Shown: one piece after another, positions 33,501 through 47,199 of the stretch
How positions within the stretch are numbered: the stretch's first letter is position 1
Layout of the letters: every line of letters starts with the position of its first letter
Notes under the pieces: model-generated
Seen by the model: the letters and a program-made list of their open reading frames with translations, nothing else
Database searches by the model: none
Told to the model about the DNA's origin: nothing
Assembly (NCBI GenBank): GCA_964019335.1
Contig: OZ025656.1
Span: 496,001 to 560,000, forward strand
Length of the DNA: 64,000 nucleotides
Source of the DNA: Diplonema japonicum
Taxonomy: Eukaryota > Protista > Euglenozoa: Diplonemea
Direction: 5' to 3'
Translations under genes and position numbers: made by a program

Positions 33501-36500
33501 TCATCACCACGTTCGATATCCTTGTGGGTGATGCCACTCACAATTACGAGTTCGTACCAGTGCGTCGTCTCGCTTGCCTCGCCCACAGCAGCTGCCCACT
33601 TTAAGCAGAAGATTTGCATTTCTTCCACTAATATCCGTATCACAGAAGGCCCTGACACGGCTGGGACCATCACTGACTTCCCGGTAACCGTGACCTTATC
33701 CTGGCTGCACATTGTTGTTGTCTACTCAGGAACCTACTTATCCGTCTACGCCAATGGCGAACCTCTCACAAGCCCTGCTTACGAAGTACCAGTTAAGTTC
33801 GGCACAGAGTGGAGATACGATAACAACCTCGGTAGCTACGGATTTGACTTTACAGGATGGGCAAAGGATCTGCGAGTTTATTCAACTGCGTTAACGAAGA
33901 CACAGGCGAAAGGACTCTACGGGAGTGGCGCCGTGCAATGGTTGAAAGGGACCGGAAAGCTCCAGTACGAGACCCGTCTACGAGGCAACACCACCGGAAG
34001 GCTTTCCGGTGTTATCAAGTCATGTGTAGACTGGGATGGTGACGACGATGTTGATGTGGTCCTTGTGGGCAACGGGTACGGAGACGTGCCGCGTGTCACT
34101 GTGCTTGCTAACAATGGAGTGGGGAACTTCACAGAGCATCCGAATGACCGGCCTTTGAAGGTGCATCTTGCTGAACCACCTCAGTACACTACCCCCCGCC
34201 TTAGGGACTTCAATTCCGATGGTACACCTGACCTGATGATCCCTCGCACCGACGGTGTCATCACAACTGTGACATCGAACGTCTTCAGCCACTCTCTGCC
34301 TACATACAAGGATGTATGTGCGAACGTGTCATGCACTTTGTATGACTTTGTTGAGCACGGTGAAGCATATGTAGGTGTCTTGTCAACGGCGGATGAGAAC
34401 AGGGTTCTTGCTGTATTTTCAGAGAGCATTGAGGTGCTTGCCACGTTTCCACGAAGCAAAGTTGTATCCAATATTGTGAGTGTGGGGAGTGACATCGTCT
34501 TCTCCACGCAACAAGGGCTGTGGAGGTTCCATCGTCCAGTAAAGGCGACGAGCGTTAAGCTGCTTCATCCTATTATGCACCTCCCCTTCGCTGACGGGAG
34601 GGGCGGCTACGTGAGCGACATTATCGACGGCAACAACGGGTACATCGTAGGCGACTACCAGTGGGCACCTGGGGGTCTCTACCTGAGGTCAGCACGCGTC
34701 ATTGTCCCCCTCTCGGTAGAACAGCCGCTTGCTGCCTTCACCTTAACGTTATGGGTCCATCAACATCAGCACCGTGTCCATAGAACTGTGGCCTCTCTGG
34801 AGGGTGTCATCGACCTCGTTCTAAATAATGGGCACTTCTATGCAGGCAGACCTGGTGACGTGGCTTGTGGTTGCCAGCTAAACCAACTGGGGACGCAAGA
34901 ATGGCACTCTCTTGCGGTAACCTGGGGTGGCACTGCAGGCCTACGGTTGTTCATAGATGGCAGGGCTTTCATGTCCTGCGGAACAGATTACCCGCGCACT
35001 GCATCATCCTCGATAGATCTCTCGAATAGTGAGATCGAGATTGGGAGGGATTTTGAAGGTGTGATAGGTGGTCTTAGGCTTTACGACCGCATTCTGGAGG
35101 AAGCTGAGCTTCTTGGTATCTACCACCTCAAGGTGTACGGCAACGTTCCAAAGTTTGTGCCGAAGAGCGTGATTTGTCCAGCCACAGGCGGATGGCACCC
35201 CACACCTGACGGGATGAAGTGTGTTCGTGCTGTTGGCACCACTGGTGTCCCACGGAAGGATGCGTTGCAGATGTGCAAAATGGTGGATGGTTGTGACTGG
35301 GCCGACTATCAGGGAGGGGTGCCGGCTTCCAGTATATACACAGTAGCTGGGGTGGAGACGCTTACTGCATGTAAGAGTTCATGTTGTGAAAGTTCTTTTT
35401 GCGCAGGTGTTATCTGGGATTCTGCTGGCTGCTCGCTTCTGTCTACGTTAAAAGGCTTCAAGGGCTACCCTTCTGGTCCCGAGGTGAAGGTCTGGGTAGT
35501 GATTAAGTCGTCCCCTGCACATATGTTCACATTCAACGACTTCTCGCTTGCCGATAGCAACACAGCAGGTGTGTTTGCAGTTGTCGACGGTACGAGTGTG
35601 TTGTTCTCGGGAGGCCAGTTCGGGCAGGCATGTGAGCTTGGTGACAACCAAACCCTGTCGGCCACACTTGCGTCGCCTGTCAGCTACCAGCTCTGGACTG
35701 TGTCGATGTGGGTCAAGAAAGTCCAGCATTTTTCGAACACTGAAGAAACGCGTTGTCACTGGGCGCTGGGCTCCGATGTGTACTTCTGTCAAACGTATTC
35801 AGGCCTTGTTGTGAAGACACCGTTTGATGAATATCACTTCGGCACGCCTCCTCGGACAGGTTGGCACCACTATGAAGTAGGATTCGATGGCATGCAGTTA
35901 CACGTCGCAGTTGACTGCGAAGCTCGTCCGTCGCAAAGTGCCAACCTGACTTCGACAGAGACGCTCACGCTGCTGTACGTTGGCTCGCAGTTGACAGACA
36001 CAGCAGGCGGGCAGTGGAAGTATGACAATCTCCTGCTGTGGCCACACTATCTTCCCCCATGCAGTGCCGCCAAGCATGTTGAAACCGGGCTTCGAACTGA
36101 AGCGACTTTTGCGACAGTGAACACTGAAGAGGAAAACACGTGGTACACTGGCATAAAAGGCCCCATACCGGCATGGCTCAAAGGAACAAGCGCAGGCCCT
36201 CATCAATACACCAAGTACAGAGGCGATCACGGGTGTGGTATTAATGCTACGTGGCCAGTCCTGATGTCTGATGGGACATGGTTGTGTGGTGGGTACAACA
36301 CTTCTGCCGCAGCTTTATGTGAAGCGAAGGTAGTGGACCCAGGTGTAGAGTCAGCTCCTGTTTTGACAGCAAAGCTGGAGTCGGATGCACTTCCTGAGCA
36401 CGGCGAGTCGCAGACCTGGGTCACCGTGCTCCTGCAGAAAGATCCCACTCTGGGCGGTGGGTACTTCCCCCCTGGCAAATACAGCACCTACGGCAGCGTT

Positions 36501-39500
36501 GACGCAGGTGTCTTCCTCAACATGGGCATTGATTGGAGGAAATACCGCCAGAGCGATGGGTCTCTTGAATTGCGTCTCTCATGGCCGCATGGTGCCTGTG
36601 ATGGCACCGACCTGTATGACATGATCTGGAGGCAGGACAGCCAACCGGATGCCTTTGGTGCTCCGGAAGGCTACCGTGCCGTGGACGTACCATACACCGC
36701 CATCAATGGCGAGCCGTTTACAGGCTTGCATTGGAGCAGAGAAGCTGATAAAACACTGCTTGATGGGCTGAGCCACGCCACTGGCTCTTTGGGGTACGGT
36801 GTTGGTGCCCGGACACAGCTTGGATGCGGCATGCTGGGACCTGACAAAAGAGGCGTGCACCACGTAGAGCTGAGCATAAAAGTAGCTGAGAACATATTGG
36901 TACCTAATCCTATTACAGTAGCTTTCTGGATAAGGAGCAGGGCGGAGCCTTGGGGTGCCGAATGGGCTGATGAAGCTCCTGATTCGTGTCCTGGGGCGCA
37001 TTGCGGGTGTGATGCTGTAAGCAGGACACACGTAGGTATTGGGAGGCGGTCTGCTGTTACTGCTGCATGGATTGAGAATGCACGGAGAGTGACTATCTCG
37101 AACGATATGTCCGTGTTGCCAGGCACCGTGTGGACCTGCCCAAAGGATAACAAAGGCCGCGGCCCCAAGAGTAGCACATGGCAGACAGTGTCACCGGTCA
37201 CAAGACGGTACGGTGTATTCTCTTACCGAAAGAAGGGACAAGCAAGTCCTGATATTGCAATGGAGTGCGAAGGTCGTAGTAACTTCAGGGGATCGTGCGG
37301 AATAACTGTAGGACGCCCTACCCGCAGCGTGTTGAATAGGAAAACGCATATAAACAGCCCACAGTTAGTGAAGAACGTGTGGAGCGGTGATGAATGGAAG
37401 CACTTTGCACTGACATGGGAGGGTGCGGAGGGCTGTTACCGACTGTACCTAAACGGCGAAGTGGTGCAAAGCGGGTGCGGGCACAACATAGGTGGTGTCA
37501 TCGAAGGTGGGGGCTCCTTTACTTTGGGGCACATAGTCAACACTGATTTGGTGGTGCTTCCGAACACTGCAATCCACGGGTCCTTGGCTGACTTTGCATT
37601 TTGGTCACGTGTCCTTGACGCGGCTGAAGTCGTCAACGTGATGATGGACGATATTCCAAAGCATGCTACAGTGCACTGGCCTTTGAAGCCTCCAGACATT
37701 CTTCACGATAAGTCGGATGGGAGATACAGGCTGCTGCAGCAAGGTGCTTTCAAGTACCACAACCCTCCACCAGAGCCACATACACAACGAAAGAAAAGGG
37801 TGCAGTTTCCTGGAAAGCGATCCATGGCACTGTGGACGGGTGCGTATCCTGTGTCCTTCAGCGACGGCTCTTCTGGGGTCACAGTTTGCTTGTGGCACAA
37901 ATCTCTGGATACGAACCGGATTGTCTTCTCCTTTGCGGCCTCAAAAGGAGCACTGTCTGACTTTGGCTTGGTGTGCTCTGATGGCGCCTGTGTTGTGCTT
38001 TTCAACGGCGCTCCCACAGGTGCTTCTTTCAATGATGCTCTTCTCTCATCAGCTTGGGTCCACTTCTGCCTTGTGCTGCAGGACAACACTGTCACTGCGT
38101 ATATTAATGGTATCCCATTCCCAGTGGCAGCGCAAAAGCCGTTCTTAGCCGAGGCGGAAGCCAGTCTCGTTAATGATGACGCGTGGAAAGCTATCGATGG
38201 TCGCCTACCTTCAAACGGGACCTTTGATGGGATGTACTGTTACCAAAGCAGTTCGAATGCAACAGACTGGCTGCGTGTGCGAATGCAAGGTGAGCAGTGG
38301 GTGGCATCTGTGGAGCTAGTGGGGTCTTCAGAGTCATTCTACATGCAAACAGGGTATGACATTCGCGTGGGGACTACGGGCACTACTGCGGATGACCTCT
38401 GCTCCGAAGGGGTGTCCATCAGGGGCGGCAGGGTACAAGTAGTGAGATGTGCTAAACCGCTTTACGGTACTTATGTGTCCATACACAGTGACTCTGGCCT
38501 TGTTTTGTGTGAGGTTGCAGTGCGCAGTACTGGGACGCACACGTCCCTCCCTACAATGGGACACTTCTACCTAGGAACTGCAGGTCATTCGGACGATGAA
38601 GAAGCACAGTTCGAAGGCTCACTCGCCGAGGTCAGAGTGTGGACCACATGGCTGTCGTACTCACACGTGTTGCTCGACATGGTATCGGCCGCACCACGTC
38701 CAGGCTCGTTGTGGTGTTGGTGGAAGTTGGACACTCTCAAAGACAGCTCTGAAAATGCCTTGCATCTAGAAGTTGTATCTTCTAGCGGGTTGAGCCGTGT
38801 ACAAGGACGGTGGGAACTTATATTCAGGCAACGCTACCCCAGCGTTTGGGACAAGGGCTTAGAACACCTTGCGGATGCAACGCAGTTTGCAGCGTTGGGA
38901 AGGTTAGCAGAAGAATTTAGATGGGGTGATGGGAGGCTGGGGCTGAAGCTGGAATGGGGCAACAGCATCGCAGAGAAGGAGGAGTGGTGGCAAGTTAGTG
39001 ACCCAACAACAGAGAGTACCATTGTTGGTTTCTCCCCTGCGAACAAGAGAAGCAGTTATGTTTTCGAAGGGCTGTTTCGAGATGGGGTGCTTGCCTTGAT
39101 GAATGGCGCTGCTAACGCATCGACTCTGCAGTATGCAGTGGGTACATTCAGTGGGGATGCCGCTCCAACAAGTGCGGGGGGCTATTCCGAAGATGTCAAG
39201 CTGTATGGTTGGACAGAGAGGACATGCATCAACATGTGGATGCAAACTGCTGATGAGTGGTGTTCAAGCAACACGCTTACATACCACCAGATGACCGTAG
39301 ATACGTGCAAAGAAAAGTGCAGGGGTCTTCATGGGTGCACAGGGTTCTCTTATCCGTGTGTGGCGGGAGGAGAGGTTCAAGATGAGTGCTGCGAGGTCCA
39401 CTTCCCTCCAATGGCGTCAAGCCTTGTGGCTGCCTTTGAAGGTCCGTCGATTATATCAAGTGTGCTGACAGTTGAGGAGGGCACCTTTAACATCACCGAT

Positions 39501-42500
39501 GTCCCTCAGGAGATGCTGGGGGGGAAGTACGTGGCCTCGGACAGTAGCACTGGCGATAACACAACTGTGGCTGTAACCGTCTCGCTGGCATCCTGGCTGT
39601 ACGTCTTGTATGACGACAACGTCGACGGCAACATACCTCTCGTCAATGACTTCAACACCTCATGGGAGGTGGTGGCGACAGCCTTGCGGAGCGACTTAAA
39701 CATAACAACAACCGCTGCTAAAAGACTTGTACCGCGAGGGACGCACTATGTTTCTGCTTACCGCACCTGGTTTGCAGTTGTGGTCAGAGGCGCCGATGTT
39801 GGAATTGATGGTGGCCATTGCACACCTGTGCAGTATCCAAAAGTAAACAGATGGGCTCTCACAAGGGATTGCGACTCTCACCGGCATCTCTCAGATAAGC
39901 AGTGTTACCAGGGAAGCGACTGCGTCTCTTGCCTCGCAGGCAGTGGTTACAGGGCTGACTGCAGCATTGCGTGTGCACAAGACCCAGCATGTAACTACTT
40001 CACATCGTACGAAGACGGCTGGTGTTCCCTGCTCGCCACGTGCGCGCCATTTTACTACAACACTGAGGACAGACCTTGTAAAACCTATCAGATGATATCA
40101 TCGCAGACCCTAGGCTTCAAGACAACATTTGACATGCCTGTCGTCAAAGCAGCACGGCTGTCTTACAAGTCAAGCAAGCACTACAGGACAAGGTACCCAG
40201 AGGTCACGCTGCAGTGGAGTGATGCCTTCACCGTTGAGATGTGGATGAAGGTCGAAGACGTGCACTGCGGCTGCTGCCCCGTCTCTGCAGGGAACGCGAC
40301 AATCGACATTTTCGCTATTGTGATCAACGGTGGCGGCATAGCGTCCATCACTGTTGCAGGGGAAACCAGACACAACCGTGTGCCGCTTGCGTTGACAGCC
40401 GGTGAATGGGTACATGTCGCTGTTTCATGGGCTTCAGCCACTGGATTGTGTTCCGTTGTGGTTGACGGTACTGAGGTATGTTGCGCCTTCTTGACATAAA
40501 TGTGAACAGGAGTCGTTTTACATTGCAAAGCATGTGCATCTTGGACAAGGCGTCCTTAGAATAGGACAGTACTTTCCTCTGGGCATCCCGGGCACTGTGA
40601 TGGTATGAGAACCTATTTTTTTCTATCTCTCTTTCAAGGGATTTTCTGGCGAGTTAGCTCATGTGAGGATATGGCGCACGTCACGCACCAACGAGGAGCT
40701 TGATGATTGTAAGAGGCAGTCTGTAGGGCCCTACCACAGCAAGCTGTTGGGTGCTTGGGAGCTCGACGGCACGTTGAACGACACGGTATGCTAGGGATGA
40801 TAAAATAACACACGCACAGTCCGGTCGCTCGAACCACCTCTCCATGCATGCACAGGTCTCGTGGAACGAGGTGCGAGACGTTGCATGGTCCTCAGCATCG
40901 ACTGTCTCTGTCAGGGCATACTCATCTTCTGAGTGCTCTTCGCTGTGCAGTGCATCGCCAACTTGCAAGGCTTGGAAATGGGACGGTGCATGTTCCATCA
41001 CCTCAGACACCACTTTGCAGTGGACAGCATCTGCCGGTTCTCTCACTGGCAGGTTCCGTAGTTGTGCTAACCTACACTGGAACGAAAGCAGGAAAACCGC
41101 ACTCAATGCATTGCCTCACCCGTTACCCGCGTACTCTCGGGAGCCATGGTGGTGGTACTTCAATTTGGTTTATAACAAACGCAGCTGTGCTGCAGCATGC
41201 AATTCTCAACCCGGTTGTACCGCTTGGACATGGCTGAGAGATAGCAATGAGTGCTATGGTGTGAAGACACCCGCATGGGGCGCTATCTTCACAGACGACA
41301 CGGTGAGCGGGTCGGCTATGGGGTGCTTCGACTACCCAAGCGTGGCTGTGATCCCCTTAAAGGGAGGAAGGGTGGGCTCCATCCAGCATATGAACCACGT
41401 GTGTGGTGCAGCAGGAGGGAGGGCTTTGCAGCTGCAGGACGAGTACCACTTGCAGTGGTTGTCTTACGAAGTTTTTGGCAACTACAGCTACACAGGTAGT
41501 GTTCCTGTTGCCTACATGAACGCGAGCCGTATTGTGAACTCATTCGATGGCCGCCCGATGGACTCGTTGTTCAGCAATCTCGACAGAAGTGTGTTCATTA
41601 CCAATACTGCATGGAACACAGAGCTCCTTGGGGACACCTTCATAGGGTTGGACACCACAGAAAGAAACCTGACTACATGGGCCATGAATAGCACAGACAC
41701 GGAGTTCATACTGTGTGAGTCGGTCGGTGTGAGATATGGAGTGCAAGATCTGAGTGTTTCGGCAAGAGGGAGTGCTGCCTGCCGTGGGAATCAGGAGGAT
41801 ACATGCAGCTATGCGTGTCAGAACGGTCACTGTGAGTCACCTGTTGGGCCTTGTGTGTGCCATGCAAACTACTACCCGCCTGATGACTGCAGTCAATATT
41901 GCGTACATGACCTTAGTGACAACAAGACCGACTGTGTCCCGAGGAGCCCTGAGTTGCATGTGTCCGATGCAAATGAAGCCGTTTCGGAGTACATACCTAC
42001 GCTTGTGTCTGTGACGGGTAGCATGACAGTCCCAATACTGCACACGTCTGCTTTTCATCTCAAAAAGGTATCCAGTGAAGGGTACAGAATAAAAGTGGTG
42101 CGCAGTGGCGGTAGAGGGTGCAGGGTTCCTGAGCACCCGGCGTCGCCAACCTCAGAGGTGACCTTTGTTGGTGTGGTTGACACGAGTGACGAGTGCGCGG
42201 AGTTGGTAGACGCCAGGTACAGGAGGGTGGAACCAGTATACACTGATGTTGCGTACTTGTGGAGTATCGATGGGAAGTGTTACTACGCAGCAAGCATCAG
42301 TGAGTCGGGGGCATATAACAGCACCTACACTGGGTGTCTGCTGACAAGTGCAGTCACAACGGACATGTTGTGCGCCTCGCGACCCCACACCACGTGGATC
42401 CAAGAGCCTGCCGTCACAAACACGGCCTTGCGGAGAGGCCGAACCGAATTGGTGTACCATGTCACCGCAGAAAAAACCGGCAGTTTTCTCATGTGCTACC

Positions 42501-42610
42501 AGCCTGCTGTCGGGAACCGTCCCTGGCTCAGCACAGGTTTCTTTACAGTCCGACCGTGGACTTGTGCAGAAAAGAAACAGTTAGTTCCGTCTTCGATGTG
42601 TGTTCCGTAG
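24546..42610 (+). CDS. Giant (~5,990 aa) secreted multidomain protein: LamG/pentraxin-like repeats, PAN/apple-, WSC-, F5/8-, legume-lectin- and FG-GAP-like modules, Ser/Thr stalk, EGF-like module
   Basis: Signal peptide. Repeated W.H...W and F.G..DD.R.W motifs; D.D.DG..D motifs at 31800-32110 and 34030-34240. Introns 40476-40509, 40603-40638 and 40786-40819 join the 5317-aa and 588-aa ORFs in frame. Confidence 0.85.
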
Positions 42611-42751
42611 TCGCCAGTTTTCCATTTACACTTCAATCTTAATACAGTACTCTATCGAGGCTGGACCACAGTTACTCAAAAGCTTTTAAATTATGCTTGC
42701 ATCCAGCATCCTCTCAAGTTATTCATTTACACTTATCGAAACAAACTAATA

Positions 42752-45511
42752 ATGCGATGGCTTTTACTTTTTGTGTGTTCTATTAGCACTTCTGTTGCTG
42801 AGAACATAACGGAGATAGGGATGTGCCGCGATGGGTTCTCGAAGCAGTCCTCCAGGCTGTGCTCGAGTGGGAACAGGGGGCGTGTCGTCGATTCAACAAC
42901 GTGCGACAATGCACGAAGGGATGGGATCTTCCCTGCTGTTCTTTGTCGTTTTGAGTGTTTAGTGGGGAAGTGCATGGCGGAACCAGAGTGCAGTGGATTT
43001 GCAGTGCACTACTCGAAGGGGAAGATGCAGAGTGGCGTGCTAGTCATGCATCTGGATGAGAAGGGGAGCAAGCCGATGAAGGGGGTGAAGTGCTTTGCGA
43101 AGACTGAGCACTTGAAATGTGAACAGTTGTGCGAAGAGAACTCGGTGTGCGAGGACGGGGCGTACAGCAACACACCGGCACTTTGTGAATACGGCGGTGA
43201 TTGTGCAGACTGTGGGAAGCGTCCTATCGTGCCTTCCTTGCAAAACCATTACAGTGTGGAACATGGCTTGTGCTGGACATCAGCCATGCCCACGTCTCGC
43301 CTGTGCAGCGCAGCCTCGGCCGTCTCTGGCCTCCCTGCTACGTGTTCTTCTGCCAATTCGCACGGCATTGTCTCTTCTTCCTCCTGCGACTACTCGTGCC
43401 TCCAGACCCGGTGTACTTCCGATCCTTCTTGCGCAGGATTTTACCTGCTTTCAGGTACACCAATAAGCTTCACAGCAATCTTTCTCTGGTACATCGGTGA
43501 AGTGTTCCACCCGTTAGACATGTCACCCTGTTACGTGAAACGAAGTGTGTTGCTGTGCAACAACACCTGCCCCACAGCTATGGACGGGGTTTGCGACGAT
43601 AGCTGCCCAAAGGGAACCGACTGCCACGACTGTGGCGTGTTGTCAAAGCAGCACGCCGACCACCTTGCCCAGTCCAGCCACCCGCACCTGCTCTGCAACG
43701 ACTCGTGCACGGAATGGAGGCGTGATGGACTATGTCAGGACGGGGGCTCTGAGTCCGATGCTGCGTACTGTCCCCTGGGCACTGATTGCACGGATTGCGG
43801 TATCAGAATTGTGGGAATACATGCTGTGACCAATGCACCAGGGGCCACGCCAAGCAAAGTGCCAGCGACTTCGGCACCGGTCACCAATATCCCGAGTGTG
43901 CCGTTACCCGTGACCCTCGAACCAAGCCATCTGACTTCTTCACCCCAAACGACGGAACCGTCCGTAAGTCCCGTGCAACCAGAGACAGCATCTCCCGAGG
44001 TGTCAACTGCAATGCCAGAGATGGCACAGCCAAAGACCGCACAACCAACGACGATAGAGCCAAAGACCGCACAACCAATGACGATAGAGCCAAAGACAAC
44101 AGAACCAATGACGGCACAGCCAGAGATCATTCCTAAGACTGTGCAACCAGAGACGGCAGGACCTATGACGGCAGAACTGACCGCACAGCCAGAGATCATT
44201 CCTGAGACTGTGCAACCAGAGACAGCACAACCAATGATGCCAACGGAGCACCCCGACACATTGATACCTGTTGAGCACCCGACTCACCAACCAGCTCCTC
44301 CATTGTTTCCTCTCTGCAGCAATGAGTGCGGCTTTTCCAACGACAGTATCTGCGACGACGGGGGGTTGTGTGCTTATGGAACTGATTGCACCGACTGCGG
44401 CGTTCGCCGCCTTTCCTTCAGCGCTATGTACTGCAAGGACACCTCCAGGCTGTGTCCCGCGAGCGGTGCAACCTGCGTGGGGTCCCTAGTTGATGGGACG
44501 TTTCATCAGAAAAGATGTGACTTGACGTGCTTGCTGAGCAGGTGTCACTCCTCACCCGACTGTGCGGCTGTCGTGCAAGCTGGCGACAAATTCACACTTG
44601 TGAAGAAAAGCGAGCCAGGCGATGCACTGTGCTATGTGAAGGACAATGTGCAGGTAAACCCCTTCGTAAGAGGAGGGACGTCGTGTGAAGAGCCATTCTA
44701 CAAGCGCAACCTGTGCTTAGAATCGCCGGGAGACCCCTTGTGCAAAGGGGCTGTGGACGGGTACTTTTCAACGTCAGTATGCAACAGTGAATGTTTGGCG
44801 AAGAGGTGTGGGATGGAGAAATCGTGCAAAGGGTACGGGGTGGGGCCACATGGAGGGGGTTTCGTGGGGTCGTTGAAAGCACCTGGAGGTCAGAGGCAAG
44901 GAGGGGTGAGGTGCAGAGTGAAGGAACCGGTCACGTTCGAGGTCACAACGACGAGAGCTGAGACGGGAACGACCCAACTGAAACTAGCGATGAGCCCTGG
45001 TGAATGGTTGAAAAAGGTTGATTTTTTCGAGCGGAAGAACATCACAGGTATCTCACGTGAAGACGTGAAGCGGGTTACCTACGACGGTCGGTACATAGTG
45101 GTGCAGCTTTATGGCGACAGGCGAAGTGCAGTTAAGTCGCAGTGGTTTGTTGAAGAGTTCAAGGTGCACAATAGCAGCTTTGACGATCCTGTCATCCACC
45201 TGTCGTCGGGAGTTGCAACATGGTGTGTCATGGGCCTTATTGTTGCTGTGATATGCACCGCGGTTTTCACCACAAGAGGTTTCTCCAAGAAGAAGATTCT
45301 TGTTCCACGTCTTCCTGAGCCCTATGCGAAGCTTACCAAGGCCGGGTCGCCTCCGAGGGACAACTCCCCTTGCTCGCAGACCTCACTCCACGACATTGTT
45401 AGCACCCCTGGGCCCGCCCTCCTCTCCACATCCCCGTCGTGTTTCGCCCATGAAAGCGATATTGAAAACCGCAGGCGACGATCGTCTTCAAAGTCTTCGC
45501 CTAGCGGGTGA
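42752..45511 (+). CDS. Type I membrane protein with Cys-rich repeats and a Pro/Thr-rich stalk
   Basis: Signal peptide; four C..C...DG.C.DG..C..G.DC.DCG repeats; SRLC..C...CL..C repeats; TM segment at ~45210-45270. Confidence 0.85.
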   Translation: MRWLLLFVCSISTSVAENITEIGMCRDGFSKQSSRLCSSGNRGRVVDSTTCDNARRDGIFPAVLCRFECLVGKCMAEPECSGFAVHYSKGKMQSGVLVMHLDEKGSKPMKGVKCFAKTEHLKCEQLCEENSVCEDGAYSNTPALCEYGGDCADCGKRPIVPSLQNHYSVEHGLCWTSAMPTSRLCSAASAVSGLPATCSSANSHGIVSSSSCDYSCLQTRCTSDPSCAGFYLLSGTPISFTAIFLWYIGEVFHPLDMSPCYVKRSVLLCNNTCPTAMDGVCDDSCPKGTDCHDCGVLSKQHADHLAQSSHPHLLCNDSCTEWRRDGLCQDGGSESDAAYCPLGTDCTDCGIRIVGIHAVTNAPGATPSKVPATSAPVTNIPSVPLPVTLEPSHLTSSPQTTEPSVSPVQPETASPEVSTAMPEMAQPKTAQPTTIEPKTAQPMTIEPKTTEPMTAQPEIIPKTVQPETAGPMTAELTAQPEIIPETVQPETAQPMMPTEHPDTLIPVEHPTHQPAPPLFPLCSNECGFSNDSICDDGGLCAYGTDCTDCGVRRLSFSAMYCKDTSRLCPASGATCVGSLVDGTFHQKRCDLTCLLSRCHSSPDCAAVVQAGDKFTLVKKSEPGDALCYVKDNVQVNPFVRGGTSCEEPFYKRNLCLESPGDPLCKGAVDGYFSTSVCNSECLAKRCGMEKSCKGYGVGPHGGGFVGSLKAPGGQRQGGVRCRVKEPVTFEVTTTRAETGTTQLKLAMSPGEWLKKVDFFERKNITGISREDVKRVTYDGRYIVVQLYGDRRSAVKSQWFVEEFKVHNSSFDDPVIHLSSGVATWCVMGLIVAVICTAVFTTRGFSKKKILVPRLPEPYAKLTKAGSPPRDNSPCSQTSLHDIVSTPGPALLSTSPSCFAHESDIENRRRRSSSKSSPSG
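43970..44240 (+). repeat. Coding minisatellite (TAQP/EPKT/VQPET units)
   Basis: Repeated CCAAAGACCGCACAACCAA.GACGATAGAG and GCACAGCCAGAGATCATTCCT.AGACTGTGCAACCAGAGAC. Confidence 0.85.
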
Positions 45512-45727
45512 ACAGGCTTCTATAAAGGTTCTATCTAGTTAAGTTTTCTTCTTCTTCTTTCTTTCTCCTTTCTTAATATTTCACAGCTAGTAACCACTAC
45601 TATTAGTTTTTTATTGTTTTCCACCCATTTTCCGTTCAACCCACACACATTTTCTGAACAGGAGGCGGAGGAGGGTGAGGGTGAGGTGAAACAAAAAAAA
45701 AAGAAAAAAAACAAATACTTGAAAAGA

Positions 45728-46083
45728 ATGACGTCTTTGGAAAAATTGAAAAAAGTGCTGGAGCAGCTGAAGTCAGACGGGAGTGTGGTAGGGTACGCGG
45801 TGTTCGAACTGCAAGACCGGCAGTCGGTGAAAATACTATCGGAGGGAAAACTGGGAGAGGGCGAGTCGGAGGCAGAGACGGTGTCGGAGATGCTGCAGAT
45901 GCTGGGCACGTGTTTGAACGGCAGTGAAACGTTTAAAGAACTGTCCATATCGTATCCAGAGTCCACATTCCACGGGATGATCATCGGTGACTACGAGGTT
46001 TGTGTCCTCTCCCCCCCCTCCCCTTTTTTTCCCCACCCCCCACCCCCCCCACTTTACAGGTCGTCTACCGTTCGCTGAAATAG
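45728..46083 (+). CDS. Roadblock-fold small protein, LAMTOR4-like
   Basis: GYAV..G.L..E..TV..ML..FKELSISY..VVYR pattern resembles LAMTOR4. Intron at 45998-46059. Confidence 0.6.
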
Positions 46084-46273
46084 GAGACCCTCAATAAAAA
46101 AGAAGAGAGAACAGTGTTTTTTTTTCTTCTTCTCTTCTCTCCGTCTTTTCCACTATTGTTTATTTTAGTTCAAAAAAAAAAAAAAGAGAAAAAAAAGAAA
46201 ATCTCCGAAGAGGGGGGAAGGGGGGGGAGAGAGGGAAAGAAAAGAAAAAAAAAAGAAGAAGAAACACAAGGTA

Positions 46274-47034
46274 ATGCTGTATGGGTTGCTATTCGGCGCG
46301 CAGCATTTCAAAGACGATGACAACTTCCCAGATTGGATCAAGAAGGCTCCTGTGAGCCAGGAGGTCGACGAGTGGACCGCGAGGGATCTCACGAACATAT
46401 CATGGTTAATGACGAATGCTATAACTCAGAAATCTGCAAGATTCGACCAGTTGCTAGTTAACCCGTGGCAAGACCCTATGGACCGCCCGGAGATGGTCGC
46501 AGGAGGGATGCTTGTTGCGGGGCTCATGATGGGTGTTGGGAGGGGCTTTTTCATGGCGAAAGATATCGCATTGAGATCGAACGATCCATTTACGATGGCC
46601 ACAGCGGCAATGGCAACAAGCCTTTTCAAGTACGGTGCGTCGATGGGTATTATAGGAGGCAGTCTTTTAGCAGGGGATAGGATAGTTCAGCATGGGCGAC
46701 GCACCCTCGCCGAGCGGCAAGGGGTAGAATTGTCGAAAACGCAGGATGTGGAACGAACCCCACTTAACTACGCGATTTCTGTGGCAACCTCCACCTCAGC
46801 GTTCACTCTTATGGACGCACGCAGGCCAACACCACTCCTCCGAAACCTAGCGTTGTGGACAGTGCCTGGTCTTGTGGTATGGAGTGGATCAATTGAAAGT
46901 TTTTTTTTATTTACACGCAGATCGGATATTCAGTTGGGATCTTCAAGTGCAGGGTGATCGAGACAATGCGGCAGGACATGCTTGATGATGGTGCCAGACG
47001 GGCCTTTTACAATACAATCAATGACGATGAATGA
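46274..47034 (+). CDS. Tim17/Tim22/Tim23-family-like membrane protein
   Basis: Four Gly-rich hydrophobic helices with GxxxG motifs and an R...N.AI motif. Intron at 46877-46920. Confidence 0.6.
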
Positions 47035-47199
47035 TGGGTTTTTTTTTTTTTTTTTTTTCCCCTTTTTTTTTTTTTTTTTTTTTTTCTCGTTTTTTTTTTT
47101 TTTTTAAACAAAAGATTTTTTTCCGTTCTGTCCCTTAACAAAAGAAAGAAAGAAAAGGGAGAAAAAAAGAAGAAGAAAAAAAAAAAGAAAAGAAAAAAG

